A stretch of 63,344 bases of DNA, the filler included, from Octopus bimaculoides (taxonomy: Eukaryota), in assembly GCF_001194135.2 (NCBI RefSeq). It is 4 parts of 4 records of this genome, joined end to end, with 100 filler letters (N's around TTAATTAATTAA, not from the genome) between each part and the next. Parts side by side here need not be neighbours in the genome. Positions count along the whole stretch, not along the records: positions 1 to 24,982 come from NC_068985.1; 3 more parts are not named here. One strand, 5' to 3'. Numbering within the stretch: the stretch's first letter is position 1; every line of letters starts with the position of its first letter. A program made the position numbers and the translations under genes. The notes under the pieces were generated by a model that saw nothing but the letters and a program-made list of their open reading frames with translations, did no database searches and had not been told where the DNA came from. Positions 1-10,992 of the stretch are shown here, one piece after another.

Positions 1-236
1 ACATAAAAGACACCATTTCGAGCGTGGCCGTTTTCGTGCGGGTGACACGTAAAAGCACCCACTACACTCTCTGAGTGGTTGGCGTTAGGAAGGGCATCCA
101 GCTGTAGAAACTCTGCCAAATCAGACTGGAGCCTGGTGTAGCCATCTGGTTTCACCAGTCCTCAGTCAAATCGTCCAACCCATGCTAGCATGGAAAGCGG
201 ACGTTAAACGATGATGATGATGATGATGATGATGAT
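1..236 (+). mobile_element. 3' tail of a young RTE-type LINE/SINE family ending in (GAT)n
   Basis: TAGGAAGGGCATCCAGCTGTAGAAA...GTTAAACGATGATGATG. Near-identical to 13912-14115; related copies at 6834-6895(+), 10130-10290(+), 12554-12985(-), 13540-13621(-), 25793-26030(-), 39480-39700(+), 52615-52760(+), 55645-55800(-). Confidence 0.75.
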
Positions 237-352
237 GGATTGTGTAGTATTGGGGGACAAGAAGTGGGCCTTTTTGTTTTGTCTACAATTAAATGTCATT
301 TTCCTATTTTTTTTTGTTTTTCGTTTTTTTTTCATTCAATCAACTTAACCAG

Positions 353-602
353 ACTGCTTTGAATTATGCCATCGAATGCAGTGAGTTTCGCTATGCTTCT
401 GCCCTTGCATTCGTGGTTGATCGATTCATGTACTGGTACGGTGGTTCTGAGGTGTTGTTGAAGATTATTGATCACATATTGGTACTGAGTCCCTCAACAG
501 TCATTGCTCCACAGTTAACCATCCGGCGTGCCCGTATCATGAAGGATAATGGTAATCTCCATGGTGCCATAGAAGTCCTTGATGGCCTTATTGATTCGAA
601 AG
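353..602 (+). CDS. ALPK1: ALPK1-like alpha-kinase, first visible coding exon (N-terminal ADP-heptose-binding domain); gene is 5'-partial
   Basis: Polypyrimidine tract + CAG acceptor at 350-352 and GTAAGG donor at 603 (phase 0 to 1). Peptide AFVVDRFMYWYGGSEVLLKIIDHILVLSPSTVIAPQLTIRRARIMKDNGNLHGAIEVLDGLI aligns without gaps to recalled human ALPK1 [62 protein letters not shown]. Confidence 0.92.
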
Positions 603-624
603 GTAAGGTGTAAGCTCTGTTGTT

Positions 625-1005
625 CTTTTATTATTTAACTTGTTTCAGTGATTAGATTGTGGCCATGCTGGGGAACCACTTTGAAGAATTTTAGTTGAAT
701 TAATTAATTCCAGCACTTCTGTTTTTTTTTTTTAAAGCCTGGTACTTATTATATTGGTTTCTTTTGCTAAATTGCTAAGTTACAGGGATGTAAACACACC
801 AATACCAGTTGTCAAGTGGTGGTGGGGAAACAAATACACACACACACGAATGACAGGCTTCTTTCAGTTTCTGTCTACCAAGTCTGCTCACAAGTCTTTG
901 GTTAGCCCAAAGCTATAGTAGAAAACACTTGCCCAAGGTGCCACACAGTGGGACTGAATCCAGAACCATGTGGTTGGGAAGCAAGTTTCTAACCATACAA
1001 TCACA
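625..1005 (-). mobile_element. tRNA-headed SINE (family C)
   Basis: Reverse complement of the element at 55915-56310 (B-box-like GGTTCAGTCCC, internal CA/TA tract, AAACAAGTAAAAGA tail). Partial copies at 6540-6620, 35955-36110 and 45920-46050. Confidence 0.75.
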
Positions 1006-2225
1006 CAGTCATGTCTTTTTTTAATTTTTTTTATTAACACAGTAATGTGATATTTGAGCAATATTTGGCTGCTATTTTTAACATGTTGAATGACCACATA
1101 GAGCCTCCTCCACACCGCACTGACTCATTAAAATTGTTGTTGAAGTTGTTGATAGGTGATATTTTTTTTATTATCTATGGATGTTGTACCAGTATGTTAC
1201 TGAGTTTAATCCATGTTTGGATATGGAGTTGCTTTGTAGAGTTTGTGAAAGTTAGACAACAGTCATGAACTGTCATCCCTTGCAATGAACTGTGTTCTTC
1301 ACAAGGACACTTGCTGTTATATACTCATCAATACTATGCAGCAACCAGAACCTTCCTACCCTACTCAACATAGCTCTCTTTAAAACTGGAATTGATGTAA
1401 TGAAAACCTGAATCCTATTATAGTATGTCCAGACAGTAGCTATAACTAGTACTTTAAGGCCATTTCCCCTTCTAAAGCAAAAGTTAACCTTGCTGGTCCT
1501 TTGATGGTTTTCTGTTGCCCTATCTTCTGTATCCACACATCACCTTCACTTTCATCTTTATTTCCTTCTCCATCATTAGCTGGAAACTTCCATGGTTGTA
1601 TCTCCATTTCTGGCTCTACTGTCTCACTACCCAACTTGCATTTTTACACCAAGCCCACAATGTAAACACATCACAAATTTGATATTGTTCTCATTCCTTT
1701 TTTTCTTCTTCCTCCTCTTAGTTATTTTACTTATGTTTGACAAAGGATATGACCTGAAATGTCAGATTCTCTTCTGTTTCTTTTCATTTGCTATATATAT
1801 TTCCAATCAAACATTTTTGATAGCTATTGTTTCATTTAATTTTCAATACTTTTTTCACTTTTTCAACTGTTTTACTTGTATATTTATCTCCTCCTTACAT
1901 TATAATCTTTGTTTTACTTGTGTATTTTTGATCTATTATATATTTTTCTATTTCTATACATGCCTGTATGAGTATGTGAAGTGTATTTGTCTGTGTATCT
2001 GTGTGTGTGTTTTCTCTCTCAATATATGTGTATGTCATCAGCATTCATCAATGTTTCATGTTGCTAAGAGTTGGACAGGTTTTCTGAGGCAGAGTTTTGT
2101 GGATGGGTTTCCATTCTGTTGTCAGCCTTTTTAATCACCTCTTAACAATACAGTTATGCACCCAAGATTCACCTGGATTCACCTGGTACTATGCTCATCT
2201 ATTAATCTGTGTGAGTATATGTGTG

Positions 2226-2508
2226 TGTGGTGTTATGGGCTGTGATGAGCTGTGTGTTGTGGTGGAGAGGGGTGAGGCAAACAGAGGTGAAGCCAGACCG
2301 GAAGGGCCAGATCGGAAGGGTCAGATCGGAAGTCGGTGACACGCGGTCGAAGGCTAGCACGTGGGGCCAGTCAGAAAACAGAGAGGTTACGAGAAAGACG
2401 TGTTCTGATCAGGAGTGATCGTGTACTCCACTGCGGTCGACAAGGTAAGGTCCAACGTTTCATTCTGTCCTTTTGCTTCTTGTTGTCTTTTTCCTCCATC
2501 ACACCACA
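2226..2508. mobile_element. Solo LTR (283 bp) in the ALPK1 intron
   Basis: Termini TGTGGTGTTAT...ATCACACCACA (10/11 inverted match, TG...CA), 5-bp direct flanks GTGTG at 2221-2225 and 2509-2513, GC/CpG-rich interior. The TSD lies in TG-rich context, so it is weaker evidence. Confidence 0.6.
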
Positions 2509-2622
2509 GTGTGTATTTATAAATGTAAGTATATATACACATGTGTATATGTATATAATTTTTTATGAATTGTGTGTATGTATGATGTATATATAAAAAC
2601 AAGTATTTCTCTTCCAACTCAG

Positions 2623-2724
2623 CTGCCAATGAAGATGGCCAGTGGCACTACAGAACTGAGTTTCAGTATATAAATGTTTATGCAGTCTGTGTGCAGATCA
2701 AAGGACAGATTTATAAAAACTTAG
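2623..2724 (+). CDS. ALPK1: ALPK1-like exon 2 (NTD)
   Basis: CAG acceptor ending 2622, GTAATG donor at 2725, phase 1 to 1. Encodes ANEDGQWHYRTEFQYINVYAVCVQIKGQIYKNLG, matching human [30 protein letters not shown]. Confidence 0.92.
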
Positions 2725-2769
2725 GTAATGAAGCATTTATTTCCTTAATATATATATATATTTTTGTAC

Positions 2770-2803
<34 letters not shown>

Positions 2804-3479
2804 NNNNNNNNNNNNNNNNNNNNNNNNNNNNNNNNNNNNNNNNNNNNNNNNNNNNNNNNNNNNNNNNNNNNNNNNNNNNNNNNNNNNNNNNNNNNNNNNN
2901 NNNNNNNNNNNNNNNNNNNNNNNNNNNNNNNNNNNNNNNNNNNNNNNNNNNNNNNNNNNNNNNNNNNNNNNNNNNNNNNNNNNNNNNNNNNNNNNNNNNN
3001 NNNNNNNNNNNNNNNNNNNNNNNNNNNNNNNNNNNNNNNNNNNNNNNNNNNNNNNNNNNNNNNNNNNNNNNNNNNNNNNNNNNNNNNNNNNNNNNNNNNN
3101 NNNNNNNNNNNNNNNNNNNNNNNNNNNNNNNNNNNNNNNNNTCGATGTCATCATACTGTAGAAATGCACATATGACTGGATATATATATATACTTCAGGA
3201 ATTCTATAGTATTTGTAGAGTTTATATCGACAGATAAATGACTGAAAATGGGATTAACAAACTTCTTTGTTCCAAATCCTAACAATTGTTTTGATGAATT
3301 ATCGCACCTGTTGTTCATAGGTGAGATGTTGTACAGTGATTATCCTACATCCCAAGTGTAGAATGCACCTCTTCAGTTGACTGTTTAAACAAATTCTTTG
3401 CTATATGGTTTTGCCATTTCACTCAGTTTAATAATGTATACCTATATTGGTGTGTCATTCCAGCTGTTCACAGACAGAA

Positions 3480-3740
3480 CCAAAAGCATAGATTCAGTGA
3501 GAGACAAGATACACTGGAGCCTGGCTGACTGCTATCAGTTTGCGCCAGTCGCTGTCAAGATGTCAGGTGTTCTAGGGCCCTATACTACTGATTTCCTCTG
3601 CAAAATAGGGACAGTGGTGGCTTGTCAGAGAAATGAGGCCCGTGAGATGGAGTGGTTACTGCAGCAAGTGTTGTTGACCATTCTCTGTGGCAACACCGTC
3701 GCAGTCATTACCATAGAGCACTTGTTTTGGGATATGTGAC
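3480..3740 (+). mobile_element. Degenerate C-terminus of a CRE-clade (restriction-like endonuclease) non-LTR retrotransposon
   Basis: SLADCYQFAPVAVKMSGVLGPYTTDFLCKIG...AREMEWLLQQVLLTILCGNTVAV matches the F.P.AVE..G..G....FL...G...RE..WL.QR.S.AI..GN pattern typical of CRE elements. Confidence 0.65.
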
Positions 3741-4000
3741 CCCTCACTCCTCCCCCTCTGTCTTCCACTGCTTTTCTTCCAAATTTTTTCCTCCTTTCAC
3801 TGTTTTTCATTTTTTTAAAGTGTTTATTTGTAAATAAAGCGATTCCTTTTCTGTTAGAATAAATACACAGATAAAGAATACATAGATGAAAAATAGACAA
3901 ATGAAATTAACATAAAGATATAAATGACAATACAAAAAAAAAAAAATACTAAAAGGGCTTGTTTGGCTATAAACTTCTAACCAGTGGAAGTCTGGTTTAA

Positions 4001-4471
4001 GCACTCCCTATAACCCCTCATAACTTTTTATTTTTTTGCATTTTCAGAAAATATTTGCAAATTTGTGTTCTACAAATGAGAATTCATATGATTACGAAGA
4101 AACCAAAAAAATTTATGTGATTTATGGGCTATTTAGCTGTTATTTTTAGCACATCTCTCAACCACCTACCTTCCTCGTTGCTTTGTCACTGTGACATGTA
4201 TTGATGTTTTCCAATATTTTTCTCCTCACAAACACATTTAATGGTTCATTGCTGGGATTTAAGCCCAAATTTTAGAATGTCTGTATTTTAAACTTTGATT
4301 TTAAAAAAATATTTGTAAGATTTAAAAAAAAAATTTTTATTCAAGAAAATTAAAAAAAAAAACAACTTTTTTTTATGATCATATGAATTCCTGTGTGTAG
4401 AAGACAAATTTGCAAAAATTTTCTGGAAATTCCAAAAAATGAAGAAAATTATGAGGAATTATATGGAGTGC
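4001..4471. mobile_element. TTAA-flanked MITE with ~95-bp imperfect TIRs
   Basis: TTAA|GCACTCC...GAATTCATATGAT on the left mirrors ATCATATGAATTC...GGAGTGC|TTAA on the right. Confidence 0.7.
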
Positions 4472-5283
4472 TTAATCTTTTTGATACCAACCCACCTGAG
4501 ACTGCTCTAGGTTCTGTGACATAGACTTACTGTTTTAAAGTGGTGTAAATCATAATCTTCCATCAAAATTTTATGCTAATATGAATCAGGCCCCCAATTT
4601 AATAATGAGAAAGTTATTTTACTAAATTCCTTATTATTTTGAGAATTAATTGAAACAAAGGCAGTTGACAGAAATATAGTAACAAAAGGGTTAAACCAGA
4701 ATTCTGCCTTCTGTTCTACATAAGTCAGAAGAAAGAATTAATACAAAAGTGGGGTGGGTTAGCATATATTAATTTATTGTTTCCATGAAATATATTCAAA
4801 CCAGACAGTAATAAATTAACTCTAAATAAAGACTCCTCCTTGTCTGAAGGTGGAGCAGCCAGTTTGTTGGGTTGGTGGGTAGAAGAATGGGTATTTGGGT
4901 CCATAAAGGTGACCAGGTTGTGTTGAAATGGCCAAATCACTTGATTATCTTTAAAGATTTTTTTTTTTTCATTTCTTTCTTCACCTTATTTTCTAGTCTG
5001 TCCAATTCTTTCTTCTTTATAATCTGACAGACAGATAGGCTTTTTTGAAACAGAATTTCTTTCTGGCTAGATGCCTTTCTTGTTACTAACATGAAGACAC
5101 TAACATATACACGCCTATGTATATACACACACACACATATACATACAAACATATATACGTATATATACATACATTCAAACGCACACACACACACACATAC
5201 ATACATACTTATATATGAATATATATATATGTGCACAAATTCATACAAACATATGCACACACTCACATGGACATACATGCATG

Positions 5284-5352
<69 letters not shown>

Positions 5353-5493
5353 ATGTATGGTTATACATGCATATATGTGACTATATATGTATGGATATAT
5401 ATATATATATATATATATACATGCACAAATACATACACGCACACATATATATGTACACACGCACATAATCCACAACTTATATTATAATTTTAG

Positions 5494-5753
5494 GTTTGTG
5501 GAAAGAAGCTGTTCCTCTCTTGTTGAAATCAGTTGAAGAATTTGAGAAACTCCCTGATAAGGATCTGAAAGGCATATCATACTCTTATGGCTTACTCTCT
5601 CATTGTTTGTGTAAACTCAGCCATAAGGAGTATTTGGAACTTCAGAACATTTATGTATTTCAGAGAGACCATCCTTGCTATGAGGCATTTGAGTATGGCA
5701 TGAAGGCAGCTGAATTATCACCAAAACAGAGTTTGTTTTTTGCAAGACATTGT
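5494..5753 (+). CDS. ALPK1: ALPK1-like exon 3 (NTD, DxKGxS ligand-binding helix)
   Basis: TTTTAG acceptor, GTAAAT donor at 5754, phase 1 to 0. LWKEAVPLLLKSVEEFEKLPDKDLKGISYSYGLL matches human [34 protein letters not shown]. Confidence 0.9.
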
Positions 5754-6066
5754 GTAAATATATATCTAATCTTCTTTCTCACACATTTTTTGTTGGCTGG
5801 CTACATTATTTTATTTGTTTATTGTTGTATTGTTACATTTTAGTTAAGAAGGATTTTGGAAGTTTGCATTAGACTCTTGTAAGGTGTTAGACCAATTTTC
5901 TTTCACAACTCAATGGTTCAGCTCATTTGAAATTTAATATGATATTAATCACAAGGTCCAAGTTCAAATTTACTGCAGATTTTTTATTGGATTATCTGTT
6001 AAGATAATCTCTTATCATCTCACAACAATCCATTGGATTGTTTCGTAATTCTGGTATCATTTTGAA

Positions 6067-6253
6067 CCCTTTAGCATTCAGTTTACTCTCTCAAATATAA
6101 TGTTTTGAACTTGTCATGCATTATCTCCTAGCTTTGAGATTTCAATGATATGATTGTTTATTTTTAGAATAACATTGTAAGGTAAGTGTGAGAAGCTGGA
6201 CCTGGCCAGATAGAATATTTGAGCTGGGTAAGGCCGATTTAAATGCTAAAGGA
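6067..6253. mobile_element. piggyBac-type MITE (CCCTTTAGCATT TIR, TTAA-like flanks)
   Basis: CCCTTTAGCATT...AATGCTAAAGGA|TTAA. Same family at 40686-40901 (TTAA both sides), 50487-50722, 20590-20800 and 46070-46570. Confidence 0.6.
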
Positions 6254-7052
6254 TTAAATCAGAGAAAAGACAAAACACAGCCTGAATTAAGACACTGATT
6301 TATCTGGATTAAGAATTGAACCAAATCCTACAAGATAATGAATTACTATTTTTATGTATTTATTTGATAGTTTAGTCAGATAAAATTGGACAGTGCCAAA
6401 AACCTTTAGGTTTTAGGAAATTGATTAAAGGAGGAAAAAAGGACAAAATTACCTTTACACTAGAGACCTTGGCCAAGTGGTATATTCACCTATATGGTGG
6501 ATTAAACTTCCCATCCATGAATACTCTACCAAACTTCATTCACAAAGCTTTGGTCAAACTAAGGCTGTAGTAGAAGACACTTACCCAAAGTGCTGCATCA
6601 TAGGTAATATTACCATGCTTGGAAGCAGGTGGTGAGGTTGATGATAGGAAGAGCATCAGGCTGTAGAAAAACCTGCTTAAAGATGAGTAGTATGGGATAA
6701 ATATGTCACGATTAGAATTTTTGTTAGGGTGTGCAAAGAAGGAAAGAACCCCCATTAAAATTCTTAATCTGCAATTTTGATGAAATTCGAATCAGAGGTA
6801 TTCCAGTTCATTCGAGAAAATATNNNNNNNNNNCGTCCAACCCATGCTAGCATGGAAAGCGGACGTTAAACGATGATGATGATGATGATGATGATATATA
6901 TATATATATAGGAAGTATTTTATTTATCTTTCTAAGTCTAATTTCTCTAAAAGAGTTAACCATGGCTCGCCAACAACAATAGAAAACTTAACTGAGATAT
7001 ATATTTGTAGTTGTCCTCTCATATTCATAGCAATGTCTTTCCTATATTTCAG

Positions 7053-7270
7053 CTCCAGTCAAGTGAAAGTCTATTGATGTATGCAGTTCAGGTAACTGAT
7101 TTGACTCAGCGGAAGAAAATATTGGCTGATGTTATTGTGTATCTGCAAAAAGTTATTTTTGAAAACAACATTGCAGAGATTTCAAAGAGTAAGGAGCAAT
7201 TGTTCATCTTTATAAAAGGAATTTATGTGATGGCTCTTGTCCTTGGCTGCTCCAATACATCTGCAGATCA
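7053..7270 (+). CDS. ALPK1: ALPK1-like exon 4 (NTD)
   Basis: TTTCAG acceptor, GTGAGT donor at 7271, phase 0 to 2. LQSSESLLMY...SKSKEQLFIFIKGIYVMALV resembles human RGTCLLSY...TGKQELHSFVKAAFGLTTV. Confidence 0.85.
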
Positions 7271-7924
7271 GTGAGTAAAATGTATATGTTATTATTTCAT
7301 TTATTAGGTGACAGGGAATTAATAGAGCCAGTAGATGGAACACATGGAAGAGGGAGACCTAGGAAGAAATGGGATGAAGTACTGAAGGATGACCTCAAGA
7401 CACTGAGTCTTTCAGATGAGATGACAAAGGACTGAAATACTTGGCACCTTGCTGTAATCAAAAATATCTGTCCTCCACAGCAGTAATGTTAAGGCCACTC
7501 CTCCTGGTGAAGAGAATTAGCCTGCAATAGTCCTGTGCCAATGTCACACAAAAAGCACTCATGCTTGGACAGTTTGACCAGAGCTGGCAAGCCAGAAAGC
7601 TGCACCAAGTTCCAGTCTAATTTGGCCTGGTTTCTACATCTGTGTGCACTGGGTGCTTTTAGCATGGCACCAACATGGGCACTTTCATGTGGCACTGGCA
7701 CAAGTGCATTTTATATGGCACTGGCTCAGGACTCTTGCAGGCCAATCCTCTTCAACAAGGAATGCAGTCTTAACACTTCTGCTGTAGGGAATGAATCTTC
7801 TTGAGTACAGCAAGGCACCAGGCATCTCATATTATAATCCTACTTGTGTGTTTGTTAGTAATTTTATTACTTACAAATTGAAAGACCACACATAAATCTG
7901 GGCAAGGTTGTTTTGTGAAAGACC

Positions 7925-8363
7925 AGCAGTCGCCCATGCTTACCAGTACTTTATTTTATCAACCCCAGAGGGATGAATGACATAGTTGACTTTAGCAGGA
8001 ATTGAACTCAGAACATAAAAACTTGGAAAAAATACTACAAGGCATTTTTTTTTATTGTTTAACAACAACAACATTAACGATAATGATTTCAAATTTTGGC
8101 ACAAGACCAGAAATTTTGGTGTAGGGGTTAAATCAATTACACCGACCCCTGTGTTCAACTAATACTTATTTTATTGACCCCGAAATGATGAAAGGTAAAG
8201 TTGACCTTGGTAGAATTTGGATACAGAATATAAGAAAGATGAAATGTTGCTAAGCATTTTGCCTGACATGTTAATGATTCCGCCAGCTTGGTGGAATTGA
8301 ACTCAGAACATAGTGCACTAATGATTCAGCCAGCTTGCTGCCTTAATAATAATAATAATAATG

Positions 8364-8395
<32 letters not shown>

Positions 8396-8864
8396 GATAA
8401 TGATAATGATGATGATAATGATAATAACCCCTTCTACTATAGGCACAACGCCTGAAGTTTGTAGTTGATTGCATCGACCCCAGTGCTCAACTGGTACTTA
8501 ATTCATTGACCCCAAAAGGATAAAAGGCAAAGTCGACCTCAGTGGAATTTGAATTCAGAGTGTAGCAGCAGACGAATACTGCTCAGCATTTTGCCTGGCA
8601 TGCTAACGATTCTGCCAGCTCTCCACCTCAATAATAATCCTTTCTACTATAGGCACAAGGCCTGGAATTTGAGGGGAAGGGTGATGGTTGATCATATCGA
8701 CCCCCAACTACTTGACTGATATGTAATTTATCAACCCCAAAAGGATGAAAGGCAAAGTCAACCTTGGCAGTACTCAGAACACAGTGATGGGTGTGATGCT
8801 GCAAAGCATTTTGTCCAGTGTGCTAACGGTTCTGCCAGCTCGCTGCCTTAATAATGATAATGAA

Positions 8865-8899
<35 letters not shown>

Positions 8900-9105
8900 T
8901 AATAATCCTTTCTACTGGAGGTACAAGGCTCCAAGTTTGTGGGGAGGGAACTATCGATTACATCGACCCCAGTGTTCAACTGGCACTTTTACCCTGAAAG
9001 GAGGAAAGGCAAAGTTGACCTCAGCGGAATTTGAACTCAGAGCGACGGGTGAAATACCACTAAGCATTTTGTCCAGCGTGCTAACAATTATGCCAGCTCA
9101 CCGCC

Positions 9106-9110
<5 letters not shown>
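7925..9110 (-). mobile_element. Head-to-tail cluster of about five tRNA-headed SINE copies (family A) separated by (AAT)n
   Basis: Repeated unit ATAATCCTTTCTACT...GAATTTGAACTCAGAA...CTGCCAGCTC..GCCTT; the minus strand reads A-box GGCGAGCTGGCAGAA and B-box GAGTTCAAATTCC. Confidence 0.8.
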
Positions 9111-9176
<66 letters not shown>

Positions 9177-9519
9177 TATGGTTTCTGATTTAGGCACAAG
9201 GTTCATAAACAACAGGGTTTAGTTGATGTAATCACCCCAGATTGGCATTTCCTTTTATCATCCACGATTGGGTTTGAAACTAAATAATAATTAAACATTC
9301 CCAGGTTTGCGATCGATCAAGTTGACAATCAATTACAGGTTAAACAATAAAGATGGATTAAGTATCAATCTCAGACAAACCTACAGCAAATTTTAATGGC
9401 AAATAAAACAAAAGAAAAGGAAAATGACAAGGGAAATAACTAAAAATTTTAATTATAGCGTTCTCTCCCTTGCACTTTAGCCGTAAATAAATATGTGATA
9501 ACTAGAATAAGAACAGGAT

Positions 9520-10284
9520 GGAGGAAATTCAGAGAGCTGTTATCTCTGTTGGTCACGAAAGATTTCTCTCTCCGAGTGAAAGGAAGATTGAATGATGCAT
9601 GTATACAAACTGCAATTGCGATGTAGTCCCCGAATGCAGAGGACAAACGAAGGTTAGAAAGGAATGGGGCTGGTATGCTCTGCTGTATGTGTAAAGTACG
9701 TCTACATATTCAACAAAGAGTTAGTATTTTGAGAGAGAAGTTAGGTATAAGAGAAATTAGTTGCATTGTGTAAGGAGAAGACGGTGTTGGTTTGGTCATG
9801 TGATGTGGATGATGCTGACAGCTCCATAACGAAGTGCCAATCTCTCAAAGAAGATGTAACATGTGGACGTGGGAGACACAGGAAGACATGGAATGATACA
9901 GAAGAAGACCTCAGGACATTGAACCTTTCAGGCGAGATGAGAAAGGGCAGAGATACCTGGTGCCTTGCTGTACTCAAGAAGATCTGTACTCTGCGGCAGA
10001 AGTGTTATGGCTGGTCCCTCTGGTGTAAAGCACTTGTGGTGGTGCCACGTAAAAGTGTCTGTGTGGTGCCATGTAAAAGCGCCCATGCAGTGCCATGTAA
10101 AAGTGGCCATGTAATTCCACATAAAAGCACCCAGCAGACTTTGTAAAGTAGATGGTATTGGGAAGGGCATCCAGCTGTGGAAGCCAAGCCAAATCAGACT
10201 GGAGGCTGGTGCAGCTCCCCAGCTTCTAAGCTCTGGTCAAACCACCCAACCTATGGACAACTGATGTTAAATGATGATGATGAT

Positions 10285-10290
<6 letters not shown>
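9520..10290 (+). mobile_element. 5'-truncated, decayed RTE-clade LINE (RT C-terminus + 3' tail)
   Basis: Frameshifted remnants of REKLGIR..., WFGHV, CGRGRHRKTWND...EEDLRTLNLSGEM followed by the GGAAGGGCATCCAGCTGT tail and (GAT)n. Similar remnants at 7318-7480 and 39040-39700. Confidence 0.75.
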
Positions 10291-10345
<55 letters not shown>

Positions 10346-10992
10346 GCTCCAATATAAGTCTTGGTAGTGTTTTGGAGTTTATTAAGGACCGTACACTTGT
10401 AGATCACATTAAACCTCCTGCCATCATCATACATACATATATGTTTATATATATATACACACATGTACATATACATATATATGTATATGTGTGTGTGTAT
10501 ATACACACACACACACACCCAGAACCACGCTAATAGTTTAGGAGTGAATTTAGGATTTCTCCGTTTTCTGTGAATCACTTTTGATAAAGCTTTTCCCAAC
10601 TGGTTTGCACACTATGGCAACATCATTATTATGTTTTCGCTATTCTGTGTAATGTCCTTTCTTTTTTATTTCAGATTTTTCAGTTTTTCGGTGAACCATT
10701 CTAATAGCTTTTGAATGAAAATAACCCATCTAGACATTTTTTTCAGAAAATGGGAAACTGGTGTTGATGTCTTTATGCCCTGTAACATAGCAGATCAGCA
10801 AAGAGAGACCGATAGAATAAGTACCAGGCATTAGAAAAAAAGAAGTGCTGGGGGTAATTTGTTCTGCTGAAACCCTTTAATGTGGTGCCCCAGCATGGCC
10901 ACAGTGAAATGACTGAAACAAGTAAAAAAAAATAAAAGAATACTTGCATTTTTGAAAAATAATGACACATATTTACCTTTTATTTATTCCAG

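Noticed and set aside
1273-1634. Two overlapping - strand ORFs with protein-like composition in the ALPK1 intron
   Set aside because: No recognisable motif, no clean splice sites, and broken across frames; at most a decayed TE fragment.
8425-9110. tRNA-like A/B boxes as tRNA genes
   Set aside because: They are SINE heads attached to conserved bodies and microsatellite tails; no complete cloverleaf is evident.
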